NCBI GenBank assembly: GCA_964407685.1 | Contig: CAYOWI010000001.1 | Location: 34,169-98,168 of the forward strand | Reading direction: 5' to 3' | Source of the DNA: an uncultured Muribaculaceae bacterium | Lineage (GTDB): Bacteria > Bacillota_I > Bacilli_A > RF39 > UBA660 | Length of the DNA: 64,000 bases | In this document: positions 1-9,138 of the stretch, piece after piece | Numbering within the stretch: the stretch's first letter is position 1 | Layout: each line of letters begins with the position of its first letter | Made by a program: the position numbers and the translations under genes | The notes under the pieces: model-generated | Told to the model about the DNA's origin: nothing | Database searches by the model: none | The model's input: only the letters and a program-made list of their open reading frames with translations

Positions 1-1
1 G

Positions 2-1444
2 AGTAAAAAAGAAATAACAATTGATGATTTACTGGAAAATCTTAAGATCTATAATGAAGAGTCTATATCAAAAGTTCGTAAAGCTTATGATATGGCAAAT
101 ACACTTCATGCTGGTCAATTAAGACAAAGTGGTGAGGACTATATAATTCATCCGTTAAATGTGGCTTACATTCTATCAGGATTGAGGGCAGATTCTGATA
201 CTATATGTGCAGGGTTATTACATGATACTTTAGAAGATACAAACATCACTAAAGAAGAAATTGCAGAAAATTTTAATAGTGATGTAGCTAATTTAGTAGA
301 TGGAGTAACTAAAATAAGTAAGATGAATTTTTCATCTAAGCAAGATCAAAATCTTGCTAATACTAGAAAAATAATAACTGGTATAACAACTGATGTAAGA
401 ATAATATTAATTAAACTTGCTGATAGATTACATAACATGAGAACATTACAGTTTAAAAGTGAATTTAAACAAAAAGAAAATGCATTAGAAACGTTAGATA
501 TATTTGTTCCAATGGCTTATTATATAGGAGCATATAGAATAAAGCAGGAATTAGAAGATTTATCATTAAGATATTTAAAATCTGATATGTATAAAAAGAT
601 AAGTGAGAAAAAGTTAAGGATAGAAGAAGAAAGCAATCCTTGCTTAGCAGAAATGTTACAAACAATAAAAAATATGCTTAATGATGAGAATATACCTAAT
701 GAAATAAAGGTAAGAACCAAAAACATATATGGAATATATAAGAAGCTATCTGAGGGTGGAAAAATATCTGATATACATGATTTGTTAGCACTTAAAGTAA
801 TGGTGGATGAAGTAAACAACTGTTATCAAACATTAAGACTTGTCCACAGTAAATATAATCCTGTTAATGGAATGTTTAAAGACTATATTTGTAATCCTAA
901 AACAAATATGTATAGATCACTTCATACTACCGTGTTTGCACCAGATGATAGATTGGTTCAAACGCAAATAAGAACATTTGATATGGATAAAGTGGCATCT
1001 TTTGGATTATCAACCTATTGGGATATTGAAAAGGGTAATGCAAGAGAAGTTATGCAAAAGGATTTAAAAGATAAATATCAGTTTTTTAATTCATTAGTAG
1101 AAATGGATAAAGTTTTTGGAGATAATAAAGAATTTGTATTACAAGTAAAAAATGAGTTATTTGCAGATAAAATATATGTTTATACAACCAAAGGAGAAAT
1201 AATAGAATTACCAAGAGGTGCAACACCAATAGATTTTGCTTATAAAATACATACTGATGTAGGTAATACAATGGTATCAGCTATAGTAAATGATGAGTAT
1301 GTGGATATAGATAAACCACTTAAAAACAAAGATAGGGTGAGAATAATAACCGATGATTTATCATTTGGTCCAAGAGCGGACTGGGAAGATAAAGCAGTTA
1401 CAACATACGCCAAAAGAAGAATAAGGGAGTTTAATAGGAAGTAA
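2..1444 (+). CDS. RelA/SpoT-family (p)ppGpp synthetase/hydrolase, 5'-partial at the window edge, ends ~35 aa after the TGS domain
   Basis: HD hydrolase motif (HDTLEDT), synthetase region (RSLHTTVF), TGS domain (YVYTTKGEIIELPRGATPIDFAYKIHTDVG). The frame is open from position 2, so the gene starts outside the window. No helical linker or ACT/RRM C-terminal half follows. Confidence 0.8.
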   Translation, partial: SKKEITIDDLLENLKIYNEESISKVRKAYDMANTLHAGQLRQSGEDYIIHPLNVAYILSGLRADSDTICAGLLHDTLEDTNITKEEIAENFNSDVANLVDGVTKISKMNFSSKQDQNLANTRKIITGITTDVRIILIKLADRLHNMRTLQFKSEFKQKENALETLDIFVPMAYYIGAYRIKQELEDLSLRYLKSDMYKKISEKKLRIEEESNPCLAEMLQTIKNMLNDENIPNEIKVRTKNIYGIYKKLSEGGKISDIHDLLALKVMVDEVNNCYQTLRLVHSKYNPVNGMFKDYICNPKTNMYRSLHTTVFAPDDRLVQTQIRTFDMDKVASFGLSTYWDIEKGNAREVMQKDLKDKYQFFNSLVEMDKVFGDNKEFVLQVKNELFADKIYVYTTKGEIIELPRGATPIDFAYKIHTDVGNTMVSAIVNDEYVDIDKPLKNKDRVRIITDDLSFGPRADWEDKAVTTYAKRRIREFNRK

Positions 1445-1504
1445 GATGTGAGTTTATAGTGATCTCTTATAAAAAAACTAAATCTAATTAATAAGGAGGC
1501 TAAT

Positions 1505-1561
1505 ATGAGAAAATTAATGAGAAAATTCAATAGAAAATACGATATGTTATGTACAGCATAA
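1505..1561 (+). CDS. 18-aa small ORF (MRKLMRKFNRKYDMLCTA): candidate leader peptide or short precursor peptide
   Basis: ATG preceded by AAGGAGG at 7-nt spacing. Basic peptide ending in Cys-Thr-Ala. Sits immediately upstream of the YcaO/radical SAM operon. Confidence 0.35.
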   Translation: MRKLMRKFNRKYDMLCTA

Positions 1562-1585
1562 TAAATCTTATTTACTTGGATTTTA

Positions 1586-1626
1586 TGTCACAATAGTATA
1601 CTGTTTTTTAATATACTATTGTGACA
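1586..1626. promoter_or_regulatory. Perfect 15-bp inverted repeat TGTCACAATAGTATA-N11-TATACTATTGTGACA (operator or attenuator hairpin) in front of the operon
   Basis: Seen directly in the sequence between the small ORF and the GGGAGG ribosome-binding site of the 1648 gene. No T-run immediately follows the stem. Confidence 0.6.
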
Positions 1627-1647
1627 ATAATTAGGGAGGCTTAATAG

Positions 1648-3261
1648 ATGGGAAATATAAAAGGTAAAATATTACCAGAAGAAATGAAAAAAGATATAGA
1701 TGATATTTTAGAAAAGCAATTATTTAATGCAAATAGGTATTATGCAGAATCAAATTTTAATATTAATAATTTAATGCAAAAAGAATTAATTGAAAACCCA
1801 GTTATATTTTATAAGAGATTAGTAGAACGTTGGAATTGGCATAATTTTTATTATGAAAACTTGCTTGAACCTGCATATCAATCTATTATTAGAGATAATG
1901 TTAAGGAATTATCAATAAGTGAAATTGATAATTTAATCAAAATATATGAAACATCATGTTTGGTGGATGAAGCAACATTGGTGATGTCAGGATCTATTAA
2001 AAAACATTTAAATTACTATTTGGATAAAATATCTATTGAGGATGAAAATATATCCTACGACGATGCTAAAAATATGCTAATAACACCACCGATAGAAACT
2101 TATTTTGCCAGATATCAAATTGACCATTTATATTATATATATTTGTTAAAAAAGAAGGATGAAAATGTCTTGAAATTTAAAGATTATTTGAAAAATAAAT
2201 ATCATGCATCTGATGAAATTATTTTTCAAAATAGGTTTAGAAAGAAATTTCAAAATTATATGAATATACCAGAAAAAGATTTGTTAAATGAAATAAAATC
2301 ATATAAAATATCCGATTCATATAAAGTACAACATTTTTACTTTACACTTGAACACCCTGAGAGGGCTGCTATCAGAGATATTTTAATATATGATAATTTA
2401 TATGAAAAATTAATTGCTTCCAATCTGATTGGAATATCAGGATTTTTGCTAAGAAGTAAAATTTTAGAATATTTAAACGATAGTAAAATTTTACCAAATA
2501 AAGGGTATATTTATGAATATAGTAATGAGGTTGTTATAAAGTGTTTAAAACAGCTTAAATTAGAAAGGAAAAAATATATGGAAAAAGATGTTAAACCTTA
2601 TAAGCAAAAAGGGGATACATGTGCTATTGCTTGTATGATGATGGTTTTAGAATATTATAAATTGATGGAAAAGGCCAACTGGTATGATGAAAAAAGGTAT
2701 TATAAAAAATTTGGTTCTAAATTCATGCCAGGTACACCATTTTCAGCTATAGCTTATTATTTTTCAAAGAGTGGATTGGATACTACAATTTATCATTCAG
2801 ATGAAAACAGTTTCAATAATGATAAAGGTGCTTTAAGTGAAACGATTTTTAATCTAGCAATGGAAGAATATACCGATTATTTAAAACTTGCAAAGTTAAA
2901 GGGAACAAATATAATTTGTGGTAGTGATATTAACAGTGATATATTGCGAAAAAATTTAGAAAATGGAAATTTAGTTATAATTGCTGGAGAATTATCAGGT
3001 GGATATCATGCGATATTATTGTGTGGATATGATAATGATGAATTTATTGTTTGTGATCCTTTGTTTAAACAAAAACAAAGAAGAACTATTGAGGAAATTA
3101 ATAGTTTTATGAATACTAGTATTGGAAAATGGTTCATATCAGTGAGTGATGTAAAAGAAAAAAAACTTGATTTGGTTAATAGTTTAGGAGATTATAACAA
3201 TAAATCAACTGAATATTTAAATAATACTCACGAAAAGGGAGTAAACTATGTCAAAAAATGA
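1648..3261 (+). CDS. Protein with a C-terminal C39-like papain-fold Cys peptidase domain; ~320-aa N-terminal region of unknown function
   Basis: KQKGDTCAIACMMMVLEY matches the Q-x4-DCG-AC catalytic Cys motif of bacteriocin-processing C39 peptidases. A downstream His (GGYHAILLCGYD) is consistent. GGGAGG ribosome-binding site. Confidence 0.55.
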   Translation: MGNIKGKILPEEMKKDIDDILEKQLFNANRYYAESNFNINNLMQKELIENPVIFYKRLVERWNWHNFYYENLLEPAYQSIIRDNVKELSISEIDNLIKIYETSCLVDEATLVMSGSIKKHLNYYLDKISIEDENISYDDAKNMLITPPIETYFARYQIDHLYYIYLLKKKDENVLKFKDYLKNKYHASDEIIFQNRFRKKFQNYMNIPEKDLLNEIKSYKISDSYKVQHFYFTLEHPERAAIRDILIYDNLYEKLIASNLIGISGFLLRSKILEYLNDSKILPNKGYIYEYSNEVVIKCLKQLKLERKKYMEKDVKPYKQKGDTCAIACMMMVLEYYKLMEKANWYDEKRYYKKFGSKFMPGTPFSAIAYYFSKSGLDTTIYHSDENSFNNDKGALSETIFNLAMEEYTDYLKLAKLKGTNIICGSDINSDILRKNLENGNLVIIAGELSGGYHAILLCGYDNDEFIVCDPLFKQKQRRTIEEINSFMNTSIGKWFISVSDVKEKKLDLVNSLGDYNNKSTEYLNNTHEKGVNYVKK

Positions 3262-3565
3262 TTATTTATTTTATAGAAATTATATAAAATATAGAAAAAT
3301 CTCTAAAGAAAAAATATTGATTACAAGAACAAATAATTCATATTTAATTGGTCCAATTATAAATAATAAATTTGATGAGGAATCATTTTATAGGCGATTA
3401 ACATCTAATAGTATTTATTCACGAAGATATTATAAAAAAATGTTTAAATTAACTGCAAATAGTCTAATAAAAAAATATATGGATTATTTAAATAGTAATG
3501 AGGTATTAGAAGTATTTAAAAATGGTGACACAAAAATACACAAAATTATAAAAGTTCCAAAATAA
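3248..3565 (+). CDS. Small basic Tyr/Arg-rich hypothetical protein (105 aa)
   Basis: ORF overlaps the upstream stop by 14 nt (translational coupling). No recognisable domain. Confidence 0.4.
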   Translation: MSKNDYLFYRNYIKYRKISKEKILITRTNNSYLIGPIINNKFDEESFYRRLTSNSIYSRRYYKKMFKLTANSLIKKYMDYLNSNEVLEVFKNGDTKIHKIIKVPK

Positions 3566-3625
3566 TAATTAAAAATAGTTTTATTAAATGGTATTTTTAC
3601 GTGTAAACGAAGGGAACAAAATTTT

Positions 3626-4900
3626 ATGAAAAATAAATTGATTTTAGATAGAGATGAAATAATTAATATATTAGGTGATAAGTATGCAAGTTTATCTGAT
3701 ATATTTAGCGATAAATTTGGTATTGTAAATGCTATGTTAGAAAGACATGAACTGGATAAGTATAATCTTTATATGTATCAATGTTTGAGTGCTAATGTTA
3801 TGGAACTATTTGATTTAACTAGGGAAGTTTCAAGTGGTGGACTTGGAGTTCATGAGGATAAAAAAATCGCAATGATAAGCTGTTTAGCAGAAGCATTAGA
3901 AAGATATTGCATGTCTTTTATTCCTAGAGGCGATTTAATTACTTGTAGAAAAAGTGATTTGGATAAAAAATATGTTTTTCCGTCTTTTTTTACTTATAAT
4001 AAGGACCAATATTCTCAAAATAAAAAATTTTTGGATCCTAATAATGATATTATTGAATGGACGAAAATAGTTAGTCTAAATAATAAAAAAGAATTCAAAT
4101 ATTGGCCAGCAAGTTTAATATATTTGCCATATGAAATAAACTCTGTTGTAGCAGAAACTACATCTACTGGTATGGCAGCAGGCTTTGATATAAATGAATG
4201 TGTTGAAAGTGGATTAATGGAATTAATTGAAAGAGATAGTTTAATGATTAATTTTATGCAAAGGCTAAATCCCCCGGAAATTAATTTAGATACAATTGGC
4301 GGTAGAAATAAAGAACTTATTTCAAAGATAAAAAAAGAATATAATATAAAAATATATCAATTATATTCTGATATAGATGTACCAATTTATCTTTCTATAA
4401 TTTATAAAGAAAATAATAAAGATACACATTATGGTATTGGAGCTTGTGCAAATTTTGATTCCGATTACGCAATTAATAAGTCTTTAAAAGAATGCTTGTT
4501 TACATATTTTTATTCTTTGAATATATTGGATGCGAAGGTTGAAAATCCTAATGATATTAAAGCTTTGTATGAACATTTTTTATATTATCAAGGGAATAAT
4601 TTTAAGGATTTATTATTTGATAGTAAAATTATTAAATATGAAAGAAAAAAAACTTCGTTAAAAAAGGTGCTTGAAGATTTGAAATCTAAAAATATTGATG
4701 TATTTTATAAAGAATTAACAACAAGTGATATTAAAGCGACAAAAATAAAGGTGTTGAAGGTAATTGCTCCAGGGCTTATAGATATGCATAAAAGCCATAC
4801 ATTACCACGTTTAGGAGCTGAGAGATATTGGAGTGTTCCTAGAAAATTAAATTTAAATTATTTTAAAAAATTATTTGATAAACCGCATCCTTTTCCATAA
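3626..4900 (+). CDS. YcaO-domain protein, azoline-forming (cyclodehydratase) type
   Basis: SSGGLGVHEDKKIAMISCLAEALERYCMSF matches the YcaO ATP-binding/Ser-Gly and ExxER signature. The protein ends ...KPHPFP, the PxPxP C-terminal motif typical of azoline-forming YcaOs. Confidence 0.85.
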   Translation: MKNKLILDRDEIINILGDKYASLSDIFSDKFGIVNAMLERHELDKYNLYMYQCLSANVMELFDLTREVSSGGLGVHEDKKIAMISCLAEALERYCMSFIPRGDLITCRKSDLDKKYVFPSFFTYNKDQYSQNKKFLDPNNDIIEWTKIVSLNNKKEFKYWPASLIYLPYEINSVVAETTSTGMAAGFDINECVESGLMELIERDSLMINFMQRLNPPEINLDTIGGRNKELISKIKKEYNIKIYQLYSDIDVPIYLSIIYKENNKDTHYGIGACANFDSDYAINKSLKECLFTYFYSLNILDAKVENPNDIKALYEHFLYYQGNNFKDLLFDSKIIKYERKKTSLKKVLEDLKSKNIDVFYKELTTSDIKATKIKVLKVIAPGLIDMHKSHTLPRLGAERYWSVPRKLNLNYFKKLFDKPHPFP

Positions 4901-4921
4901 CTATTTGTGAGGTATTTAAAA

Positions 4922-5887
4922 ATGAAAAATAAAAAATTAGTAAATCTATTTGTTGAATTATTAAATATTATTGATAGAAGTCAAATAGATAAAATTAAAT
5001 TAGAAATTGATTTAAAAGATGATAATATTTATTCAATACTTGATAAAATTTGTTTACATTTTAATACATTATATAATTCTGGCTCGATAACTGTAGGGAA
5101 ATACAACATGATATTAAATGTTATTAATAAATATTATGATGAGCGGGATGATTATATTTATAATAGGATAGATTGGATTAATGAAGCATATCTAAATAAT
5201 CCCAAGATTACTTTAGAGAATCATCATCAGCAATTATTGTCATATTTTCAAAAAATAAATAATATTTTGGATAAATCTGGAATTGATTATTTTCATGCAA
5301 GTGGATTTATGGGTTATATATTATCAGGCAAAGAATTAGAAAGATATCATCATGATATTGATTTGTATATAAATGAAAGGTGTTTAAATAATTTAATTGA
5401 TATTTTTTTAAAAGAAGATTTTAATGTTATTCACACCCATGAAAAATGTAGAGAAAATTTATTTAGACATGGCTTTAAAATAGAAAGCAATAGTGTGGAT
5501 ATTCCTATATGGTTATCTTTTTATGAACTTCTTTCAGATGGTGCAATATACGTTAAAGAATACTATGAAGACAAAGACAAAAATTATATTACAAAAAGAA
5601 ATTATAATACATCATTATGTACATTATTGAGTTTGACTGAGGGTAATTATAATGGTACAAATTTTAAATCTATGAGTTTAGAGGCACTTTATTGTAGTAA
5701 AAATGGTAATCGAAAAAAAGATATTTATGATTGTAATGTTATAAAAGAATTAATAGATATAAATAAAGTTGAGACACTAAAACAAGAATTGATATCAGAG
5801 TGGGAAATACTAAATTATATACCAATTTCAATTATAGACGGAATTGATAAAATCGATTGCAGAAAGGAGTTGAAGTACTATAAATAA
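4922..5887 (+). CDS. Nucleotidyltransferase-fold protein (Lnu/LinB-like, Pol-beta superfamily)
   Basis: YFHASGFMGYILSGKELERYHHDIDLYI fits the hG[GS]-x(9-13)-DhD nucleotidyltransferase motif, as in lincosamide nucleotidyltransferases. GTGAGG ribosome-binding site 9 nt upstream of the ATG at 4922. Confidence 0.5.
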   Translation: MKNKKLVNLFVELLNIIDRSQIDKIKLEIDLKDDNIYSILDKICLHFNTLYNSGSITVGKYNMILNVINKYYDERDDYIYNRIDWINEAYLNNPKITLENHHQQLLSYFQKINNILDKSGIDYFHASGFMGYILSGKELERYHHDIDLYINERCLNNLIDIFLKEDFNVIHTHEKCRENLFRHGFKIESNSVDIPIWLSFYELLSDGAIYVKEYYEDKDKNYITKRNYNTSLCTLLSLTEGNYNGTNFKSMSLEALYCSKNGNRKKDIYDCNVIKELIDINKVETLKQELISEWEILNYIPISIIDGIDKIDCRKELKYYK

Positions 5888-5933
5888 ATTACCAAAAAAT
5901 GAATATAGAATTTCAATAACCTCATCATGCAAT

Positions 5934-6755
5934 ATGAAATGCACGTATTGTCATAATGAAGGTAATAAAAGGATTAGCAAATTAAGCATAGATGACATTA
6001 GATGTATTGTTGAAAATTCAAAAGGATTAAATCTAACTAATATGAGATTAACGGGCGGAGAACCACTAATACATCCTGATATTTATAAAATTTGTAAAAT
6101 GCTTTCAGAAGAATATAATCTTAAAGTAGGTATTAATACTAATTGTATTGAAATCGATAAAATTATTTACATGATAAAAAAGGGCTGGATTGATAGAGTA
6201 GTTGTAGGTTTAGACTATTTTGATGGTGTCGTATCTAAACAATCATCAGTAGGAAAAAGTTCAAAGGAAATTTTATCTAATATATTAAAAATAAAAAGAT
6301 TAGGTTGCAATGTTTCAATTTCAACTGTATATAATAATGATTATGATAATATATTTAAATTAGTTGATTGGTGTGTTAATAATAAAATAAGAATTAAAAT
6401 TATAGAATTAATAAAAAATGAAATACATAAAAAATCTGATTTAAATTATATAAAAATGAGAGATTCAATCATTAAAGATTATAAATTTAGGGTTAAGATT
6501 GATAAATTGGAAGAATATAATTGTTTTATAGAGAATTTCAATGTAGTATCTTTTTTTCCATCATTATGTAGATTAAGAAGATGTGATATATGTAAGAAAG
6601 TACATCTTAGAATTACAAGTGAAGGTAATATAAAGCAATGCATTCATTATGGAAAAAATGATAAAAGTGTAATAGGAAAAGATAGTAGAGTAAATATATT
6701 AGAAGAAATAAATCATGAGGTTGATTATCATTATGAGGTTAAAAATGAAGTATAA
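5934..6755 (+). CDS. Radical SAM enzyme with C-terminal Cys-rich auxiliary (SPASM/twitch or MoaA-like) region; start codon uncertain
   Basis: CNMKCTYC is a CxxxCxxC motif, GGEPL is an SAM-binding motif, and the C-terminus reads CRLRRCDICKKVHLRITSEGNIKQC. The first Cys of the cluster lies upstream of the first ATG (see findings). Confidence 0.8.
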   Translation: MKCTYCHNEGNKRISKLSIDDIRCIVENSKGLNLTNMRLTGGEPLIHPDIYKICKMLSEEYNLKVGINTNCIEIDKIIYMIKKGWIDRVVVGLDYFDGVVSKQSSVGKSSKEILSNILKIKRLGCNVSISTVYNNDYDNIFKLVDWCVNNKIRIKIIELIKNEIHKKSDLNYIKMRDSIIKDYKFRVKIDKLEEYNCFIENFNVVSFFPSLCRLRRCDICKKVHLRITSEGNIKQCIHYGKNDKSVIGKDSRVNILEEINHEVDYHYEVKNEV

Positions 6756-7104
6756 AATATTTTGTCATGGTTTTTTAAGAAATAAAAATAGAATTTTATA
6801 TTTAAAAAGAGGAAAAGATAAAATTTATCCATATAAATGGGATTTACCAGGAGGATTTTGTGAATCGAATGAGACGTTCCAAAATTGTATTGTGAGAGAG
6901 TTTAAGGAAGAAACTAATCTAGATATATCTGTTATAGATTTGATTGATTTAAAATGCCAAATTTATAATGATGAAATTATAATTGTTCTTTTATTTGATG
7001 TGAAGCTAGAATCCAAAAGAAATATTAATTTAAATTTTGAACATATAGATTATGAATATTCAGATTGTTTAAAAGGTAAAGACATTATATGGTATTTAAA
7101 ATAA
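6745..7104 (+). CDS. Nudix hydrolase
   Basis: Nudix box GGFCESNETFQNCIVREFKEETNL (GX5EX7REUXEEXGU). ATG at 6745 with a GAGG ribosome-binding site. 4-nt overlap with the radical SAM stop. Confidence 0.75.
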   Translation: MKYKIFCHGFLRNKNRILYLKRGKDKIYPYKWDLPGGFCESNETFQNCIVREFKEETNLDISVIDLIDLKCQIYNDEIIIVLLFDVKLESKRNINLNFEHIDYEYSDCLKGKDIIWYLK

Positions 7105-7120
7105 TTAGAGGAGGTATAAT

Positions 7121-7765
7121 TTGATTAATTATCAATTTAGTGGTATTAATCCTGAAAAGGGTTTTACAAAAAAGCAAGCTGATTGCTTAAAAAAAGATAT
7201 CAAAGACAATTCAAATATAGTTTTTATCGCTAGTATATTTAGTGATTACAAGAAGAATGATGAGTTATTTAAAAATTATATAGAATATTTTGAAAACAAC
7301 AATATTAAATTTAGAAAATCAAGTATTATTGATGATAGAATTTCTATTACTTTAGCCCATGAATTAATTAATGATGCTGATATAGTATTTTTACTTGGTG
7401 GAAATCCGGAAATGCAAATGAAATCAATTAATAAATATGATTTAAAGAAATATATAAAAAAAGTAAACATAGTAATAGGTGTAAGTGCCGGTTCCATGAA
7501 TCAGTCTAAAAGAGTTATGTATAAAGATGATTTTGAAAATTTTAAGATGAAGGATTATGAGGGATTAGGATTAGTGAAAATAAATATTTTTCCGCATGTA
7601 GATTTAAATAATAGTTCTATTATGAATGAGGTGACTGAAATAAGTAAATACATGGAGCTTATTTTATTACCTAATGATTCGTTTATAAGGGTATATAATA
7701 ACAATATAAAATTCTTTGGGAATTATTATTTAATCAAAAATAAAAATTTAAAAACAAATGTTTGA
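7121..7765 (+). CDS. Peptidase S51 family (dipeptidase E / cyanophycinase-like) protein
   Basis: GGNPEMQ and GVSAGSM (nucleophile Ser) motifs. TTG start with a GAGGAGG ribosome-binding site. Confidence 0.65.
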   Translation: MINYQFSGINPEKGFTKKQADCLKKDIKDNSNIVFIASIFSDYKKNDELFKNYIEYFENNNIKFRKSSIIDDRISITLAHELINDADIVFLLGGNPEMQMKSINKYDLKKYIKKVNIVIGVSAGSMNQSKRVMYKDDFENFKMKDYEGLGLVKINIFPHVDLNNSSIMNEVTEISKYMELILLPNDSFIRVYNNNIKFFGNYYLIKNKNLKTNV

Positions 7766-8047
7766 CAAAAAGAATAAAATATATTAGAATTGGTTTATAT
7801 TTTTAAATTGCTGATTTGGAGAAGTAAATATTAAAGAAACTTATAGAAAGTAACTGGCAGATGGAAAGTTATAGTGGATTAATATTGAATGGACCAATGA
7901 GAGTTTTTCTGAAATTATATTATAAAGAGTAGGTAAAATCGGAATTTCTATCCGTTATCAAATGAACATATATGATGGTATATGATTTTAATCTATTTTT
8001 AGGTGGCACAAGACTCTTGTCCTATTTTGGGTGGGCAGAGTCTTTTT
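7762..8047 (+). promoter_or_regulatory. Sigma-A promoter (TTGACA-17-TAGAAT) plus T-box riboswitch leader with Trp specifier, controlling trpS
   Basis: Specifier-like UGGA in the stem I region. T-box-like AGGTGGCACAAG. Terminator hairpin GACTCT...AGAGTC followed by TTTTT at 8012-8047. Confidence 0.7.
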
Positions 8048-8136
8048 ATATTTTAAGGAGTTGATAAGAATGTTTTTATTAACCAAACGATGGTATTTTG
8101 TATTTTTGTTTTAAAATAAAATAATTAGAAAAGAGA

Positions 8137-9138
8137 ATGAGTAAAATGAAAACAATGATTACAGGAGTTAGACCAACAGGTATTATAACTCTAGCAAATT
8201 ATATTGGGGGAATTAAAAAATTTGTCCAACAACAAAGGGATTATAATTCATTAATTTTTATAGCGGATATTCATGGCCTTACTACTTATATTAATCCGGA
8301 TGAAATACAAAATAATATCCTTGATATTACTGCCCTTTATTTAGCCTGTGGTATAGATTTATCTCACACCATTATTTTTCAACAAAGCGATGTTTTAGAA
8401 CATTGTAATTTAGGTTTTTTGATGGCATTTCAATGTGGTGTTGGTGAATTATCTAGAATGACCCAATATAAGTCAAAAAAGTCAGAACTGTCTAAAGCGA
8501 ATAAAGATATGGGATTATTCATATATCCAACATTAATGGCAGCGGATATTTTATTATATGATGCATCGGTTGTTCCGGTTGGCGTAGATCAAAGACAACA
8601 CATAGAAAAAACAAGAGATTTAGGTGAAAGATTTAATAAAGTTTATGGTAAAACATTTGTACTTCCAGAGTATCAAATTCCTAAAATAGGAGCTAAAATA
8701 AAGAATCTACAGAATCCTCAAATAAAGATGAGTAAATCTGCCCCGAAAGATGATAAGGGTACGATATTCATTTTAGATGATGTTGAAATAACAAAAAAGA
8801 AAATAATGATAGCAGTAACGGATAATGAAGGAAAGATTTATTTTGATGAAAAAAATAAGCCTGGCATATCAAATCTTTTATCTATTATAGCTGTTATAGA
8901 TAATTTGAGTATTGAAGAAGTTTCCTTAAAATATAAGGATTACACTTATAAGGAATTTAAAATAGAAGTTGCTGATAAAGTTGCAAAATTTATTTTGGAT
9001 ATTCAAGATAAATTTTATAGTTTCAGAAATGATGAAAGATATTTAAAAAAAGTATTAAATGATGGAGCAGCTAAAGCAAAAAAACTTGCAAGTAAAAAGA
9101 TGAACCAAGTTAAAAAGTTAGTTGGAATAAAAACATAA
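8137..9138 (+). CDS. trpS: Tryptophan--tRNA ligase
   Basis: Class I aaRS with KMSKS motif (KMSKSAPK) and TrpRS-like N-terminus. T-box with UGG specifier upstream. Confidence 0.9.
   Translation: MSKMKTMITGVRPTGIITLANYIGGIKKFVQQQRDYNSLIFIADIHGLTTYINPDEIQNNILDITALYLACGIDLSHTIIFQQSDVLEHCNLGFLMAFQCGVGELSRMTQYKSKKSELSKANKDMGLFIYPTLMAADILLYDASVVPVGVDQRQHIEKTRDLGERFNKVYGKTFVLPEYQIPKIGAKIKNLQNPQIKMSKSAPKDDKGTIFILDDVEITKKKIMIAVTDNEGKIYFDEKNKPGISNLLSIIAVIDNLSIEEVSLKYKDYTYKEFKIEVADKVAKFILDIQDKFYSFRNDERYLKKVLNDGAAKAKKLASKKMNQVKKLVGIKT

Noticed and set aside
465-1530. Minus-strand ORFs (465-665, 520-819, 1086-1271, 1240-1530) overlapping the RelA/SpoT-family gene, and similar antisense ORFs elsewhere (e.g. 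7276-7497, 11851-12228, 25106-25402, 29321-29979, 30350-30694, 49616-49912, 57970-58179, 60125-60400)
   Set aside because: They lie fully inside well-supported genes on the opposite strand. They are low-complexity Leu/Ile/Phe-rich translations typical of antisense frames in AT-rich DNA, and they have no ribosome-binding sites.
3248-3565. The 105-aa protein as the RiPP precursor peptide of the YcaO operon
   Set aside because: It is Tyr/Arg-rich with no Cys/Ser/Thr-rich core region and no recognisable leader motif. It is more likely an accessory protein, and is listed as a hypothetical CDS instead.
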